From: a virus
Lineage: Duplodnaviria > Caudoviricetes
Length of the DNA stretch: 25,736 nt
IMG/VR virus record: IMGVR_UViG_3300035676_000530
Span: 1 to 25,736 of that record
Direction: 5' to 3' (one strand)
Numbering within the stretch: position 1 is the stretch's first letter; every line of letters begins with the position of its first letter. A program made the position numbers and the translations under genes. The notes beneath the pieces were generated by a model. That model made no database searches and had not been told where the DNA came from. It worked only from the letters and a program-made list of their open reading frames with translations. This document shows positions 7,001-14,460 of this stretch, one piece after another.

Positions 7001-7149
7001 AGCTTGCACTCCTTTACTCCACGGTACTTAAGTCCACGATAAGTAAACCAGAGACTTGCGTTGCAATGAAACTGATTCCACCAAGCAAGAAAATCTTTTT
7101 GGTGTTGTTCGGTGTCGTATTTGACACCACGATACGTCGCAATAGACAT
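6997..7149 (-). CDS. DUF4278-type small protein, 50 aa (not in ORF track)
   Basis: MSIATYRGVKYDTEQHQKDFLAWWNQFHCNASLWFTYRGLKYRGVKECKL with repeated TYRG.KY. GGAG Shine-Dalgarno. Sits under the glutamine riboswitch. Confidence 0.8.
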   Translation of the reverse strand: MSIATYRGVKYDTEQHQKDFLAWWNQFHCNASLWFTYRGLKYRGVKECKL

Positions 7150-7158
7150 AGGATTCTC

Positions 7159-7273
7159 CGAAATGAATGAACATTTCGCGTTCCTTCAGTCGGCGTTTGC
7201 GTTCGCTATTTGCAAATAACGAATGAACGATCCGTTCCGCGTCGGCTTACTTCCGTCCCTTTCGGGATGAACG
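7159..7273 (-). promoter_or_regulatory. tandem glnA-type glutamine riboswitch
   Basis: Two aptamers: CGTTCATCCC-GAAA-GGGACGGAAGTAAGCCGACGCGGAACG (7233-7273) and CGTTCATTCG..CGAACGCAAACGCCGACTGAAGGAACG (7179-7229). Then hairpin CGAAATG/CATTTCG abutting the SD. Confidence 0.85.
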
Positions 7274-7283
7274 GTATTTATTG

Positions 7284-7304
7284 TTACCCCGTTGAAGGGG
7301 TAAA
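7284..7304. promoter_or_regulatory. back-to-back GGGTAA promoter elements
   Basis: TTACCCC-GTTGAA-GGGGTAA inverted repeat between divergent units. Confidence 0.55.
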
Positions 7305-7325
7305 CTTCAAAGAAGTGGTGAAAAA

Positions 7326-7523
7326 ATGAAACATGCTATAATTGTTTCTCTTTGTTTTCTGCCGCTTGCGATTATCTACATAGTCATGAAAGTGGCGCTC
7401 TGGCTTTCTTCCAGTGTTACAGAAGTTAACTATGTCCGAGAAGACTCCAAACGAGAGCATGGACCCTATGTGGAAAATGCATATGCAGACATTGACGAAG
7501 AAGATAAAAGTTATAGAAATTAA
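7326..7523 (+). CDS. small membrane protein, cyanophage-conserved type
   Basis: N-terminal hydrophobic helix, then REHGPYVENAYADID. Confidence 0.75.
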   Translation: MKHAIIVSLCFLPLAIIYIVMKVALWLSSSVTEVNYVREDSKREHGPYVENAYADIDEEDKSYRN

Positions 7524-7608
7524 CGAAAAATTAGACAGGGCACTTTGGGAATGGTACTCAGAGAGAGGTCTTGAGGTGCCCCCTTGGAAAAGTTATAGAG
7601 ATCTATAG
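7483..7608 (+). CDS. small hypothetical protein
   Basis: MQTLTKKIKVIEINEKLDRALWEWYSERGLEVPPWK resembles a cyanophage small protein. May be C-terminally shortened. Confidence 0.5.
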   Translation: MQTLTKKIKVIEINEKLDRALWEWYSERGLEVPPWKSYRDL

Positions 7609-8258
7609 TCACCTTCCACAACCAAATACCAATCACAGCTTTTACCATCACTGCTATTATCATCAAAGTAATCTTCCCCGTTGTAAGAAAAGCCAGTCAC
7701 GATATCTGCAAGTCCGTCCACTTCGATCACGTCAAATGTTAGCTTACGGACGTCAAACTCCTCTCCATCAGGGAGTTCAATTTCGGCACCCCATCCACCT
7801 TTAAAGCCGTGATGGTAGGCTACACCGCACTCCCAGACTGTGTCGTCGTCAACAAATTTGCAACCAGGCTCCTCATAGCGAATATTCCGGCGAGGACAAA
7901 TCTCTTCGTCGTCTGTATCTTCGGGAATCGCAAGCTCGTTATAATCACCTGACCAAATAATTTCTTCTTCACCGTCTTCCAGAACTTTGGAGACGCCAAA
8001 CGTTTGGTCCGTATAAGCTCCGTACCCCAGACAACCATTTTCAATCTCATCTCGCGTAGGAAAATCATCTTCTCCATCAGATTCAGTGCCCCAGTCGCGG
8101 TGCAACCTTTCTGACATCTCGTCGGTGTCTAGGTCATCCAGGTCTTCAGGGATCCAACGGTTGGTTTGTGCTTCAGTGAGTGGATAGTAACCCACTTCAC
8201 CTAGATATGACCGATTCCAAGAATGTTCGCCACCAACCCAAACGTTATATTTAACCAT
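7593..8258 (-). CDS. very acidic hypothetical protein
   Basis: 221 aa, roughly a quarter D/E. Has its own strong promoter. Confidence 0.8.
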   Translation of the reverse strand: MVKYNVWVGGEHSWNRSYLGEVGYYPLTEAQTNRWIPEDLDDLDTDEMSERLHRDWGTESDGEDDFPTRDEIENGCLGYGAYTDQTFGVSKVLEDGEEEIIWSGDYNELAIPEDTDDEEICPRRNIRYEEPGCKFVDDDTVWECGVAYHHGFKGGWGAEIELPDGEEFDVRKLTFDVIEVDGLADIVTGFSYNGEDYFDDNSSDGKSCDWYLVVEGDYRSL

Positions 8259-8281
8259 GAAGTGTAAGTATATACAAGTAT

Positions 8282-8323
8282 ATTATAGCCTGTATTTCAA
8301 AATTTGTAAAGTTCGGATTACCG
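8282..8323 (-). promoter_or_regulatory. sigma70-like promoter with CGG-N4-CCG box
   Basis: TTTACA-17-TATAAT. Box at 8314-8323. Confidence 0.7.
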
Positions 8324-8506
8324 ACCTTGCTGTTTTTTACAAATTTCTCTCGCCCAGGCTCTACTTAAGCTGTCAATATGAGAACAAGGACGCTTCGATT
8401 TTCCGCAATATGGACACTTTGCTACAGAAGGATCATTGGCATAAACATCCGCATTTTTCTTCAATGTCTTTTTATTCAGTTCGCGTTTATGTTTATAATG
8501 GTGCAT
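8318..8506 (-). CDS. small basic Cys-containing protein
   Basis: CPYC..PCSH..WAREIC. Confidence 0.65.
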   Translation of the reverse strand: MHHYKHKRELNKKTLKKNADVYANDPSVAKCPYCGKSKRPCSHIDSLSRAWAREICKKQQGR

Positions 8507-8509
8507 ATT

Positions 8510-8546
8510 AAAAATCCTCCACGATAAGTATATCGCAGAGGACTTT
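8510..8546 (-). terminator. intrinsic terminator after psbD
   Basis: GTCCTCTGCGATA-TACT-TATCGTGGAGGAT followed by a T run. Overlaps CTTACT-15-TATACT. Confidence 0.75.
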
Positions 8547-8557
8547 GAGTAAGTTTA

Positions 8558-9613
8558 TCAGAGAGCGTTTCCTCGAGGGAGAATTTCCTCCGGGAACATA
8601 AAGTTCTCGTGAGGTTGATCTACTGGTGCCATCCACGCTCTAAGCCCTTCGTTAAGAAGGATATTCTTCGTATAGAACGTTTCAAACTCAGGGTCCTCAG
8701 CCGCTCTAATTTCCTGCGATACAAAGTCGTAAGCACGCAAATTAAGAGCAAGACCGATGATGCCAATAGAAGAAGTCCAGAGACCCATAACTGGAACGAA
8801 AAGCATAAAAAAGTGCAACCAACGCTTATTGCTAAACGCAATACCAAAGATTTGAGACCAAAATCGGTTAGCCGTAACCATGGAATAGGTCTCTTCTTCT
8901 TGAGTTGGTTCAAATGCTTTGAAAGTATTTGCCTTGTCGCCATCTTCGAATAATGTGTTTTCAACTGTTGCTCCGTGAATTGCACAGAGTAGAGCTCCCC
9001 CAAGAATACCAGCAACTCCCATCATATGGAAGGGATTGAGGGTCCAGTTATGAAAACCCTGAAGGAACAGAAGGAACCTGAAGATCGCTGCCACACCGAA
9101 GCTGGGAGCAAAGAACCAGCTGGATTGCCCCAGAGGATACATCAGGAACACGCTGACAAATACAGCGATAGGACCAGAGAATGCAATCGCATTATAAGGA
9201 CGAATACCAACCAGTCGAGCAATCTCAAACTGGCGAAGCATGAAACCGATTAGAGCGAAAGCCCCGTGGAGTGCCACAAAAGTCCAGAGTCCCCCAAGCT
9301 GGATCCAGCGAACGAAATCTCCCTGAGACTCAGGACCCCAAAGTAGAAGAAGAGAATGACCCATAGCGTCAGCAGGCGTCGACACAGCTGCTGTGAGGAA
9401 ATTAGCGCCCTCAAGGTAAGAAGACGCCAACCCGTGGGTGTACCAACTTGTAGCAAACGTTGTGCCAGTAAGCCAGCCACCAAGGGCCAAATAAGCAGTG
9501 GGAAAAAGAAGTAATCCAGACCAGCCCACAAAGACAAAGCGATCGCGTTTAAGCCAGTCATCCAGGACATCGAACCATCCTCTCTGTGGAAGTGTTAGAG
9601 TAGAAGCAGTCAT
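8558..9613 (-). CDS. psbD: photosystem II D2 protein
   Basis: [21 protein letters not shown] ... [10 protein letters not shown], full length. Confidence 0.99.
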   Translation of the reverse strand: MTASTLTLPQRGWFDVLDDWLKRDRFVFVGWSGLLLFPTAYLALGGWLTGTTFATSWYTHGLASSYLEGANFLTAAVSTPADAMGHSLLLLWGPESQGDFVRWIQLGGLWTFVALHGAFALIGFMLRQFEIARLVGIRPYNAIAFSGPIAVFVSVFLMYPLGQSSWFFAPSFGVAAIFRFLLFLQGFHNWTLNPFHMMGVAGILGGALLCAIHGATVENTLFEDGDKANTFKAFEPTQEEETYSMVTANRFWSQIFGIAFSNKRWLHFFMLFVPVMGLWTSSIGIIGLALNLRAYDFVSQEIRAAEDPEFETFYTKNILLNEGLRAWMAPVDQPHENFMFPEEILPRGNAL

Positions 9614-9714
9614 AGTATAATGATAACCAGGAGTGGTACTGTTATAGTGAGAACACCGAGTAAAAAGCCCCCAATCGTTTGGATCAGGGGCAGTAGACTG
9701 TGAGAGTCAGACAT
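9610..9714 (-). CDS. 34-aa single-helix membrane microprotein between psbA and psbD (not in ORF track)
   Basis: [39 protein letters not shown] overlap with psbA and ATGA overlap with psbD. Confidence 0.7.
   Translation of the reverse strand: MSDSHSLLPLIQTIGGFLLGVLTITVPLLVIIIL
9662..9691 (-). terminator. intrinsic terminator after psbA, inside the microprotein ORF
   Basis: GCCCCTGATC-CAAAC-GATTGGGGGC-TTTTT. Confidence 0.75.
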
Positions 9715-10793
9715 TAACCGATAGTTGGAGCTGTTAGAGCAACGGGAGTGTTGCTAGCGGCTGCCAAGTCAAGCGGAAAATTGTGGGCATTCCTTTCGTG
9801 CATTACCTCAATACCGAGATTAGCACGGTTCAGAACATCAGCCCAGGTGTTGAGCACTTTACCTTGACTATCAACGATAGACTGGTTGAAGTTGAATCCG
9901 TTCAGATTGAACGCCATAGTAGATACACCAAGAGCGGTAAACCAAATACCCACGACGGGCCAAGCAGCAAGGAAGAAATGCAGACTACGAGAATTATTAA
10001 ACGAAGCATATTGGAAGATGAGACGACCAAAGTACCCGTGTGCGGCAACAATGTTGTAGGTTTCTTCTTCTTGACCGAACTTGTATCCATAGTTTTGTGA
10101 TTCATTTTCAGTAGTCTCACGAACCAGTGAGGAAGTAACCAGAGAACCGTGCATAGCACTGAACAGAGAACCGCCGAAGACACCAGCAACTCCAAGCATA
10201 TGGAATGGGTGCATCAGGATGTTGTGCTCTGCCTGGAACACAAGCATGAAGTTAAAAGTACCAGAGATACCCAGAGGCATACCGTCAGAGAAAGAACCCT
10301 GGCCAAAAGGATAAACCAGAAAAACGGCGCTCGCAGCAGCTACCGGAGCAGAGTAAGCAACACAAATCCAAGGACGCATACCGAGGCGGTAGCTAAGCTC
10401 CCATTCCCGTCCCATATAGCAAAAAATGCCGATGAGAAAGTGGAAAACAACCAACTGATAGGGGCCACCATTGTAAAGCCACTCATCGAGAGAAGCAGCT
10501 TCCCAAATTGGATAAAAGTGAAGTCCAATGGCATTGGAGGAAGGAACAACAGCACCGGAAATAATATTATTACCGTACAAGAGAGAACCAGCAACGGGCT
10601 CACGGATGCCGTCGATGTCAACGGGGGGAGCGGCGATGAAGGCGACGATGAAACAAACAGTTGCAGCAAGCAACGTCGGAATCATGAGAGTACCGAACCA
10701 GCCAACATAAAGACGATTGTTGGTGGAGGTTACCCATTCACAGAAAGATTCCCAAGAATTAGAGCGGGAACGAGTAAGAGTAGAAGAAGTCAT
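9714..10793 (-). CDS. psbA: photosystem II D1 protein (Glu130 high-light type)
   Basis: [26 protein letters not shown] and [13 protein letters not shown]. No intron. Confidence 0.99.
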   Translation of the reverse strand: MTSSTLTRSRSNSWESFCEWVTSTNNRLYVGWFGTLMIPTLLAATVCFIVAFIAAPPVDIDGIREPVAGSLLYGNNIISGAVVPSSNAIGLHFYPIWEAASLDEWLYNGGPYQLVVFHFLIGIFCYMGREWELSYRLGMRPWICVAYSAPVAAASAVFLVYPFGQGSFSDGMPLGISGTFNFMLVFQAEHNILMHPFHMLGVAGVFGGSLFSAMHGSLVTSSLVRETTENESQNYGYKFGQEEETYNIVAAHGYFGRLIFQYASFNNSRSLHFFLAAWPVVGIWFTALGVSTMAFNLNGFNFNQSIVDSQGKVLNTWADVLNRANLGIEVMHERNAHNFPLDLAAASNTPVALTAPTIG

Positions 10794-10858
10794 TAGTCAT
10801 AAGAGTACGTTTGCAGAGTATGACTCGGCGGAGTCGCGAACTGACCGCCTACATAACT

Positions 10859-10909
10859 ATTCTACCCTTTCGTTACGGAATGTAAACTTTTCGTGAGAAC
10901 GGTAAACCG
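10859..10909 (-). promoter_or_regulatory. psbA promoter with HLR1-like repeat and CGG-N4-CCG box
   Basis: TTTACA-16-TAGAAT preceded by GGG. Repeat TTTACATT-CC-GTAACGAA. Box at 10900-10909. Confidence 0.65.
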
Positions 10910-10912
10910 AAC

Positions 10913-11305
10913 CTATGCCTGCTTTACGGGAATAACCTTAGCCCCTTTTGGCAGCATCTTCTGAAGCATGCTCTCTGCTGATTCTCCGCTAGGGATCGGA
11001 ACACCAATGGAAGCAATCATATTTTCTGCTTTTTTAAGTTCAGCGGGTGTCATCTCACGACCCATTTTCTTAATAAAAGCTTTCTTTAGCTTCGCCATGC
11101 GAGTGTCGCTTCCTTTTGTTTCTGTTATCTCTTTATCACCAATCTTGCGCCCAACTTTGCATTGCTCATCCTCAGAAACACCGTAGACTTTTCCACCTGA
11201 GGTTACGCAACGTGCGAAATCATAGACAGGAGCTTCACCGAAGTCAACACCTTCGGAACACATGGAGTTGAATTTTTCTAAGGTCGCTTCGGTGAAATAT
11301 CCCAT
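10913..11305 (-). CDS. hypothetical protein with acidic leader and basic tail
   Basis: DFGEAPVYDFARC. GGGTAAAA 28 nt upstream. Confidence 0.8.
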   Translation of the reverse strand: MGYFTEATLEKFNSMCSEGVDFGEAPVYDFARCVTSGGKVYGVSEDEQCKVGRKIGDKEITETKGSDTRMAKLKKAFIKKMGREMTPAELKKAENMIASIGVPIPSGESAESMLQKMLPKGAKVIPVKQA

Positions 11306-11327
11306 TGCACCAGATTCCGTTTGAGCG

Positions 11328-11528
11328 TTAATTTTTACCCTCTTGTTCGTGAATCCAGGTTTTTAAGTCAGCTATGTAATGGCGCAATTTTTCTGCTTGA
11401 CAAAAATGCCAGGGGTCTTTTGTTCGAATATATAACTTAATATGTAAGTCTATGGCGTTTAAACAGTGTTTAATAACTGGGTTCCAGGGTTCCCGTAAAG
11501 GTGTATTCCATTCTCTAGACATCACCAA
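11328..11528 (-). CDS. hypothetical protein, cyanophage-conserved type
   Basis: REWNTPLREPWNPVIKHCLNAID..LKTWIHEQEG. Confidence 0.75.
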   Translation of the reverse strand: MVMSREWNTPLREPWNPVIKHCLNAIDLHIKLYIRTKDPWHFCQAEKLRHYIADLKTWIHEQEGKN

Positions 11529-11905
11529 TGCTCCTCATCGTGATGCTCTACATGTTTATGGATATGCTCAATTTGAGTGGCCAGATCTTGTAATAGTTCA
11601 CTATCACGAACATCGATCAAATAATGATCTATATCTCGTTTACGATCTATTTCTGATTGTCGGTTTGCAGCCATTAACAAGACAGGACCTGTAAAGGCTG
11701 CTTGAAAAGATAACATTAAATTCAGTAGGATAAACGGGGGTTGATCCCACTTAATCGGAGAAAATGTATTTAAAGTAAGCCAAAGAAATAAAACTGTGGC
11801 TTGAGTTCCTATAAATTTCCAGCTACCGATAATTTCGGAGCAGCGATCAGAAAGAGTTTTCTTTGGGGGTTGTTTCGGTTTAATAATCCGAAGACGTGTT
11901 CCCAC
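11522..11905 (-). CDS. DUF1003 family membrane protein
   Basis: GSWKFI..DQPPFILLNLMLSFQAAFTGPVLLMAANRQ. Start reassigned to GTG 11905 (GGAG 5 nt upstream). Confidence 0.85.
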   Translation of the reverse strand: MGTRLRIIKPKQPPKKTLSDRCSEIIGSWKFIGTQATVLFLWLTLNTFSPIKWDQPPFILLNLMLSFQAAFTGPVLLMAANRQSEIDRKRDIDHYLIDVRDSELLQDLATQIEHIHKHVEHHDEEHW

Positions 11906-11927
11906 AAACACTCCGCATAAAAGATTA

Positions 11928-12104
11928 CTTATTCTTACCTCAACATTGCCGCAGCTCTTCAGACTCCGAATACGGCATATCGGAATAAGAAAGGTTGCTG
12001 AGCGTGACACGGTAAACCGCGCCCCGTTACTCTCAGCAGCTTCCTTTCACTTAGGGTCAACATACGACGTAGCGTAACTGGTCCTCACGGATACCAATCT
12101 GACC
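11928..12104 (-). ncRNA. candidate structured ncRNA or leader, about 180 nt
   Basis: Starts about 10 nt below a promoter motif. Stems GGTCA/TGACC, GATTGG/CCAGTT, TCC-GTGA-GGA, GAAAGG/CCTTTC, TGCTGAG/CTCAGCA, ACGG/CCGT, TCCGA/TCGGA and CTTATTC/GAATAAG. Confidence 0.5.
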
Positions 12105-12114
12105 ATGCTTAAAC

Positions 12115-12141
12115 ATTATACCCTAAACGCTAACAAGTAAA
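12115..12141 (-). promoter_or_regulatory. putative promoter, 15-bp spacer class
   Basis: TTTACT-12-GGGTATAAT. Confidence 0.6.
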
Positions 12142-12142
12142 T

Positions 12143-12511
12143 TTATTTCGACCACGGAGATTTTATTTCCATAGCTCCTCCAAGTAGTTCTTGCGCTTTT
12201 GATCCATCTGGAGGATGTTCTATGAGTACCGCTCCTGTATTCTCATCATGCAAAGTGACTTTAGCCTCAGGATATTGTTTTTGAAAGCGTTCAACAATCA
12301 GTTTGTTTTCCTCTTCTTTCCATTTTACTTTGAGATCTTCCGCTTGTTGGTCAACGTCACGCATTGTTTGTTCGGTTCTCCACGCAACCCAGTCTTGAAA
12401 ACAATGCTCCAAGATTTTGTCAATAACCCAGTTGCGTTTTAGCTCTGGTTTGTACTCTACAATTGCAAGACAAATCTCATAAAGTAAAGCATTCAGAAGA
12501 TTGTATTTCAT
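12143..12511 (-). CDS. hypothetical protein
   Basis: ATGA-coupled ORF. Confidence 0.75.
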   Translation of the reverse strand: MKYNLLNALLYEICLAIVEYKPELKRNWVIDKILEHCFQDWVAWRTEQTMRDVDQQAEDLKVKWKEEENKLIVERFQKQYPEAKVTLHDENTGAVLIEHPPDGSKAQELLGGAMEIKSPWSK

Positions 12512-13020
12512 CCTTCTTGGAAAACCGAAACATAGACCTTGCCGGATTTCGTCAACGGTAGAAGTTTATCCCTAAGATGCTGATTATGCATGCGAACACA
12601 ACCATGAGTCGAAAATAATTTTTGCATTGGCTGCCATGCTCCAGGCCAACCGCACGCAGATCCTCCCCCGTGAATCATGATTCCGGCACGGCCATATTTA
12701 TTTTCTTGATTCTCGAGTTCCTCAAGGTCAAAAGAATACCAACCAAAAGCCATTAAAGTACGATCGTATTTGGGATTGGAGCCAGCTACTTCGTAATCCC
12801 TATAAATAGTGCCAATGCGGTAAAGTCCAGGAGGAGTATCTGTGTTGGTTAGTTTATATTCGTAATCAGATCCTTGTCCTCTAGCGAGACAGGGCAGTTC
12901 CCATAAAAGTTTACCTTCGTAATCGAAAGCCTTAACTGTCTCAGTTACATCATTAACAATTAAATGATGATCCCCAGCTTTGAAACCAAAATCCTGGGGT
13001 TTTTTCTTAGGTCCTATCAT
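12508..13020 (-). CDS. L,D-transpeptidase (YkuD) catalytic-domain protein
   Basis: TPPGLYRI, IMIHGG and STHGCVRM (catalytic His/Cys). Confidence 0.88.
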   Translation of the reverse strand: MIGPKKKPQDFGFKAGDHHLIVNDVTETVKAFDYEGKLLWELPCLARGQGSDYEYKLTNTDTPPGLYRIGTIYRDYEVAGSNPKYDRTLMAFGWYSFDLEELENQENKYGRAGIMIHGGGSACGWPGAWQPMQKLFSTHGCVRMHNQHLRDKLLPLTKSGKVYVSVFQEG

Positions 13021-13023
13021 AAT

Positions 13024-13046
13024 AAAAAGGGGACCAAAAGGTCCCC
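13024..13046 (-). terminator. intrinsic terminator
   Basis: GGGGACC-TTTT-GGTCCCC-TTTTT. Confidence 0.8.
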
Positions 13047-13051
13047 GCGAG

Positions 13052-13276
13052 TCATTTTTTGAAGAATGGGAGTTTAATTACGAAATCGTATAAAGGTTGA
13101 AGTTTCTTTAGATTATCGTCGATACTTTTCATTAATAGAATAAGCATATCGATTTTCTTCTCTAAAGCATCGATACGTTTGGTAATCGGTTCTAAACCCT
13201 CTTCGAGTTCTTGCTTAATGTAAGCACCAGGGTCGCCCGATTCAACCAAACCTCCAACCAATTTATCTAATTTCAT
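13052..13276 (-). CDS. small coiled-coil protein
   Basis: Heptad pattern ITKRIDALEKKIDML. ATGA-coupled to hsp20. Confidence 0.7.
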   Translation of the reverse strand: MKLDKLVGGLVESGDPGAYIKQELEEGLEPITKRIDALEKKIDMLILLMKSIDDNLKKLQPLYDFVIKLPFFKK

Positions 13277-13632
13277 ACTTCCTCGGAAACTTTAACTTCT
13301 ACGATTCTAGCATCCCTCTTAGGGATTTTGATCGTAAGCAGTCCATGCTTAAGAGATGCTGTAGCATCGTCAGCGGAAAGGCGTTGACCAATAGTAACAT
13401 AAGCGTTACCGCGAGGAGTTTCAACAGAGAGTGAACGACCTTCGATGCGAACTTTCACATCGTTGGGGTCAACACCAGGAACCTCAATCTCTGCAACTGC
13501 AGCGTTGTCCTCGCTAAGAATGCGATAGTTAAGCTGGGTGTTACGCGAGACTGGGGCTTGAAACTGAGTGTAGTGGTTAACCAACTGTTCAAACTCAGAA
13601 AACAAGGGGTTGCGAACAATAGCGTTAGTCAT
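13273..13632 (-). CDS. small heat shock protein (Hsp20/alpha-crystallin)
   Basis: EVPGVDPNDVKVRIEGRSL and ASLKHGLLTIKIPK. Confidence 0.9.
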   Translation of the reverse strand: MTNAIVRNPLFSEFEQLVNHYTQFQAPVSRNTQLNYRILSEDNAAVAEIEVPGVDPNDVKVRIEGRSLSVETPRGNAYVTIGQRLSADDATASLKHGLLTIKIPKRDARIVEVKVSEEV

Positions 13633-13684
13633 GGTTCTCAGGGCTAAATAGCAAAATGTGAGAATGGAGCGATGCTCCGACGCT

Positions 13685-13711
13685 ATTATACCCTGTCAGA
13701 AAAACAGTAAA
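13685..13711 (-). promoter_or_regulatory. putative promoter, 15-bp spacer class
   Basis: TTTACT-12-GGGTATAAT. Confidence 0.6.
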
Positions 13712-13975
13712 TTAAGGATGCACGGAATGCGTACCGTGACACTTTTTTCTTGTTTGTGCGGATTTTTTGGCAGCTTCAGACCTATTACCAGGTTGAGGTT
13801 GATTTTTCATTTCTTGCGATCGAATTTTATCAGCTTGTTTTTGTGCAGGAGTGCGTTGCATTTGTCTGCGCTTCCGTTTTTCTTTTTGATCGCATTGACC
13901 TGTTAGATCGTGTTCTTCAAAAAGAAGAGTCTCGATATAATTCCATGACTCTTGAGAAAAACCAGAAATTCTCAC
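13712..13975 (-). CDS. small protein with acidic leader and very basic C-terminus
   Basis: GFSQES..LLFEEHD, then RSEAAKKSAQTRKK. Confidence 0.7.
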   Translation of the reverse strand: MRISGFSQESWNYIETLLFEEHDLTGQCDQKEKRKRRQMQRTPAQKQADKIRSQEMKNQPQPGNRSEAAKKSAQTRKKCHGTHSVHP

Positions 13976-14460
13976 CCCAACATCCTCAAACCTTGGACAT
14001 CTTTGCTAGAGCCACCTTGGGGATTCCCTGGACCCTTTGGAAGAGCAACACCCGATAACATTTCGCTGTCAGTGTTAACTTTCTGTTTCCCTTCGTCTCC
14101 CGGTTGCTTGCCTGCTTGGCTCTCAATATCCCAACTGGCCATACCACCTGAGTTACGATGAAACCACGTAGGAGACTTATAATTCGCTTTTTTCTCCGGA
14201 CCAGGACCTTTTCCAGTTTCGAACTGTTTTTGCCAGTCTAGTTCTGCGAATATAGAAACTACTTCAGAAGCAGCTTTCTCTGAATACCCTAAAGAGATTA
14301 AAGTTTCCGCATATTTACTTTGCCCGCATACAGCCAGAGCTATGGCTTTAGCTTGTTGAGGATCTGTCACAACCTTTTTACTTTCACCGGAATGCAGCTC
14401 TCCCTTATGGAAACGCTGCATCTCTTCCCCAACACAGTCTGGCCCCTTATGTACAGGCAT
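13972..14460 (-). CDS. hypothetical protein with DUF6496-like N-terminus
   Basis: EMQRFHKGELHSGESKKVVTDPQQAKAIALA. Confidence 0.7.
   Translation of the reverse strand: MPVHKGPDCVGEEMQRFHKGELHSGESKKVVTDPQQAKAIALAVCGQSKYAETLISLGYSEKAASEVVSIFAELDWQKQFETGKGPGPEKKANYKSPTWFHRNSGGMASWDIESQAGKQPGDEGKQKVNTDSEMLSGVALPKGPGNPQGGSSKDVQGLRMLG

Noticed and set aside
7506-7599. 12-bp direct repeat AAAAGTTATAGA (7506 and 7588)
   Set aside because: AT-rich, two copies only and no mobile element. Probably chance or an old recombination scar.
9714-10793. Intron or homing endonuclease in psbA; intein in nrdA
   Set aside because: Both reading frames are continuous and of normal length, apart from the Grx domain in nrdA.
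8609-10796. Antisense and alternate-frame ORFs over psbA and psbD, including the 215-aa ORF
   Set aside because: Typical codon-bias shadows of highly conserved genes, with no independent signals.
11906-12010. N-terminal extension of the DUF1003 ORF as given in the track
   Set aside because: Non-homologous-looking sequence over a structured region. A better SD and GTG exist at 11905.
11955-12050. Hammerhead ribozyme (CTGAAGAG) or SRP RNA (GAAAGGAAGC) in the orphan RNA
   Set aside because: No GAAA after a stem II, and no SRP CAGG/AGCA internal loop.
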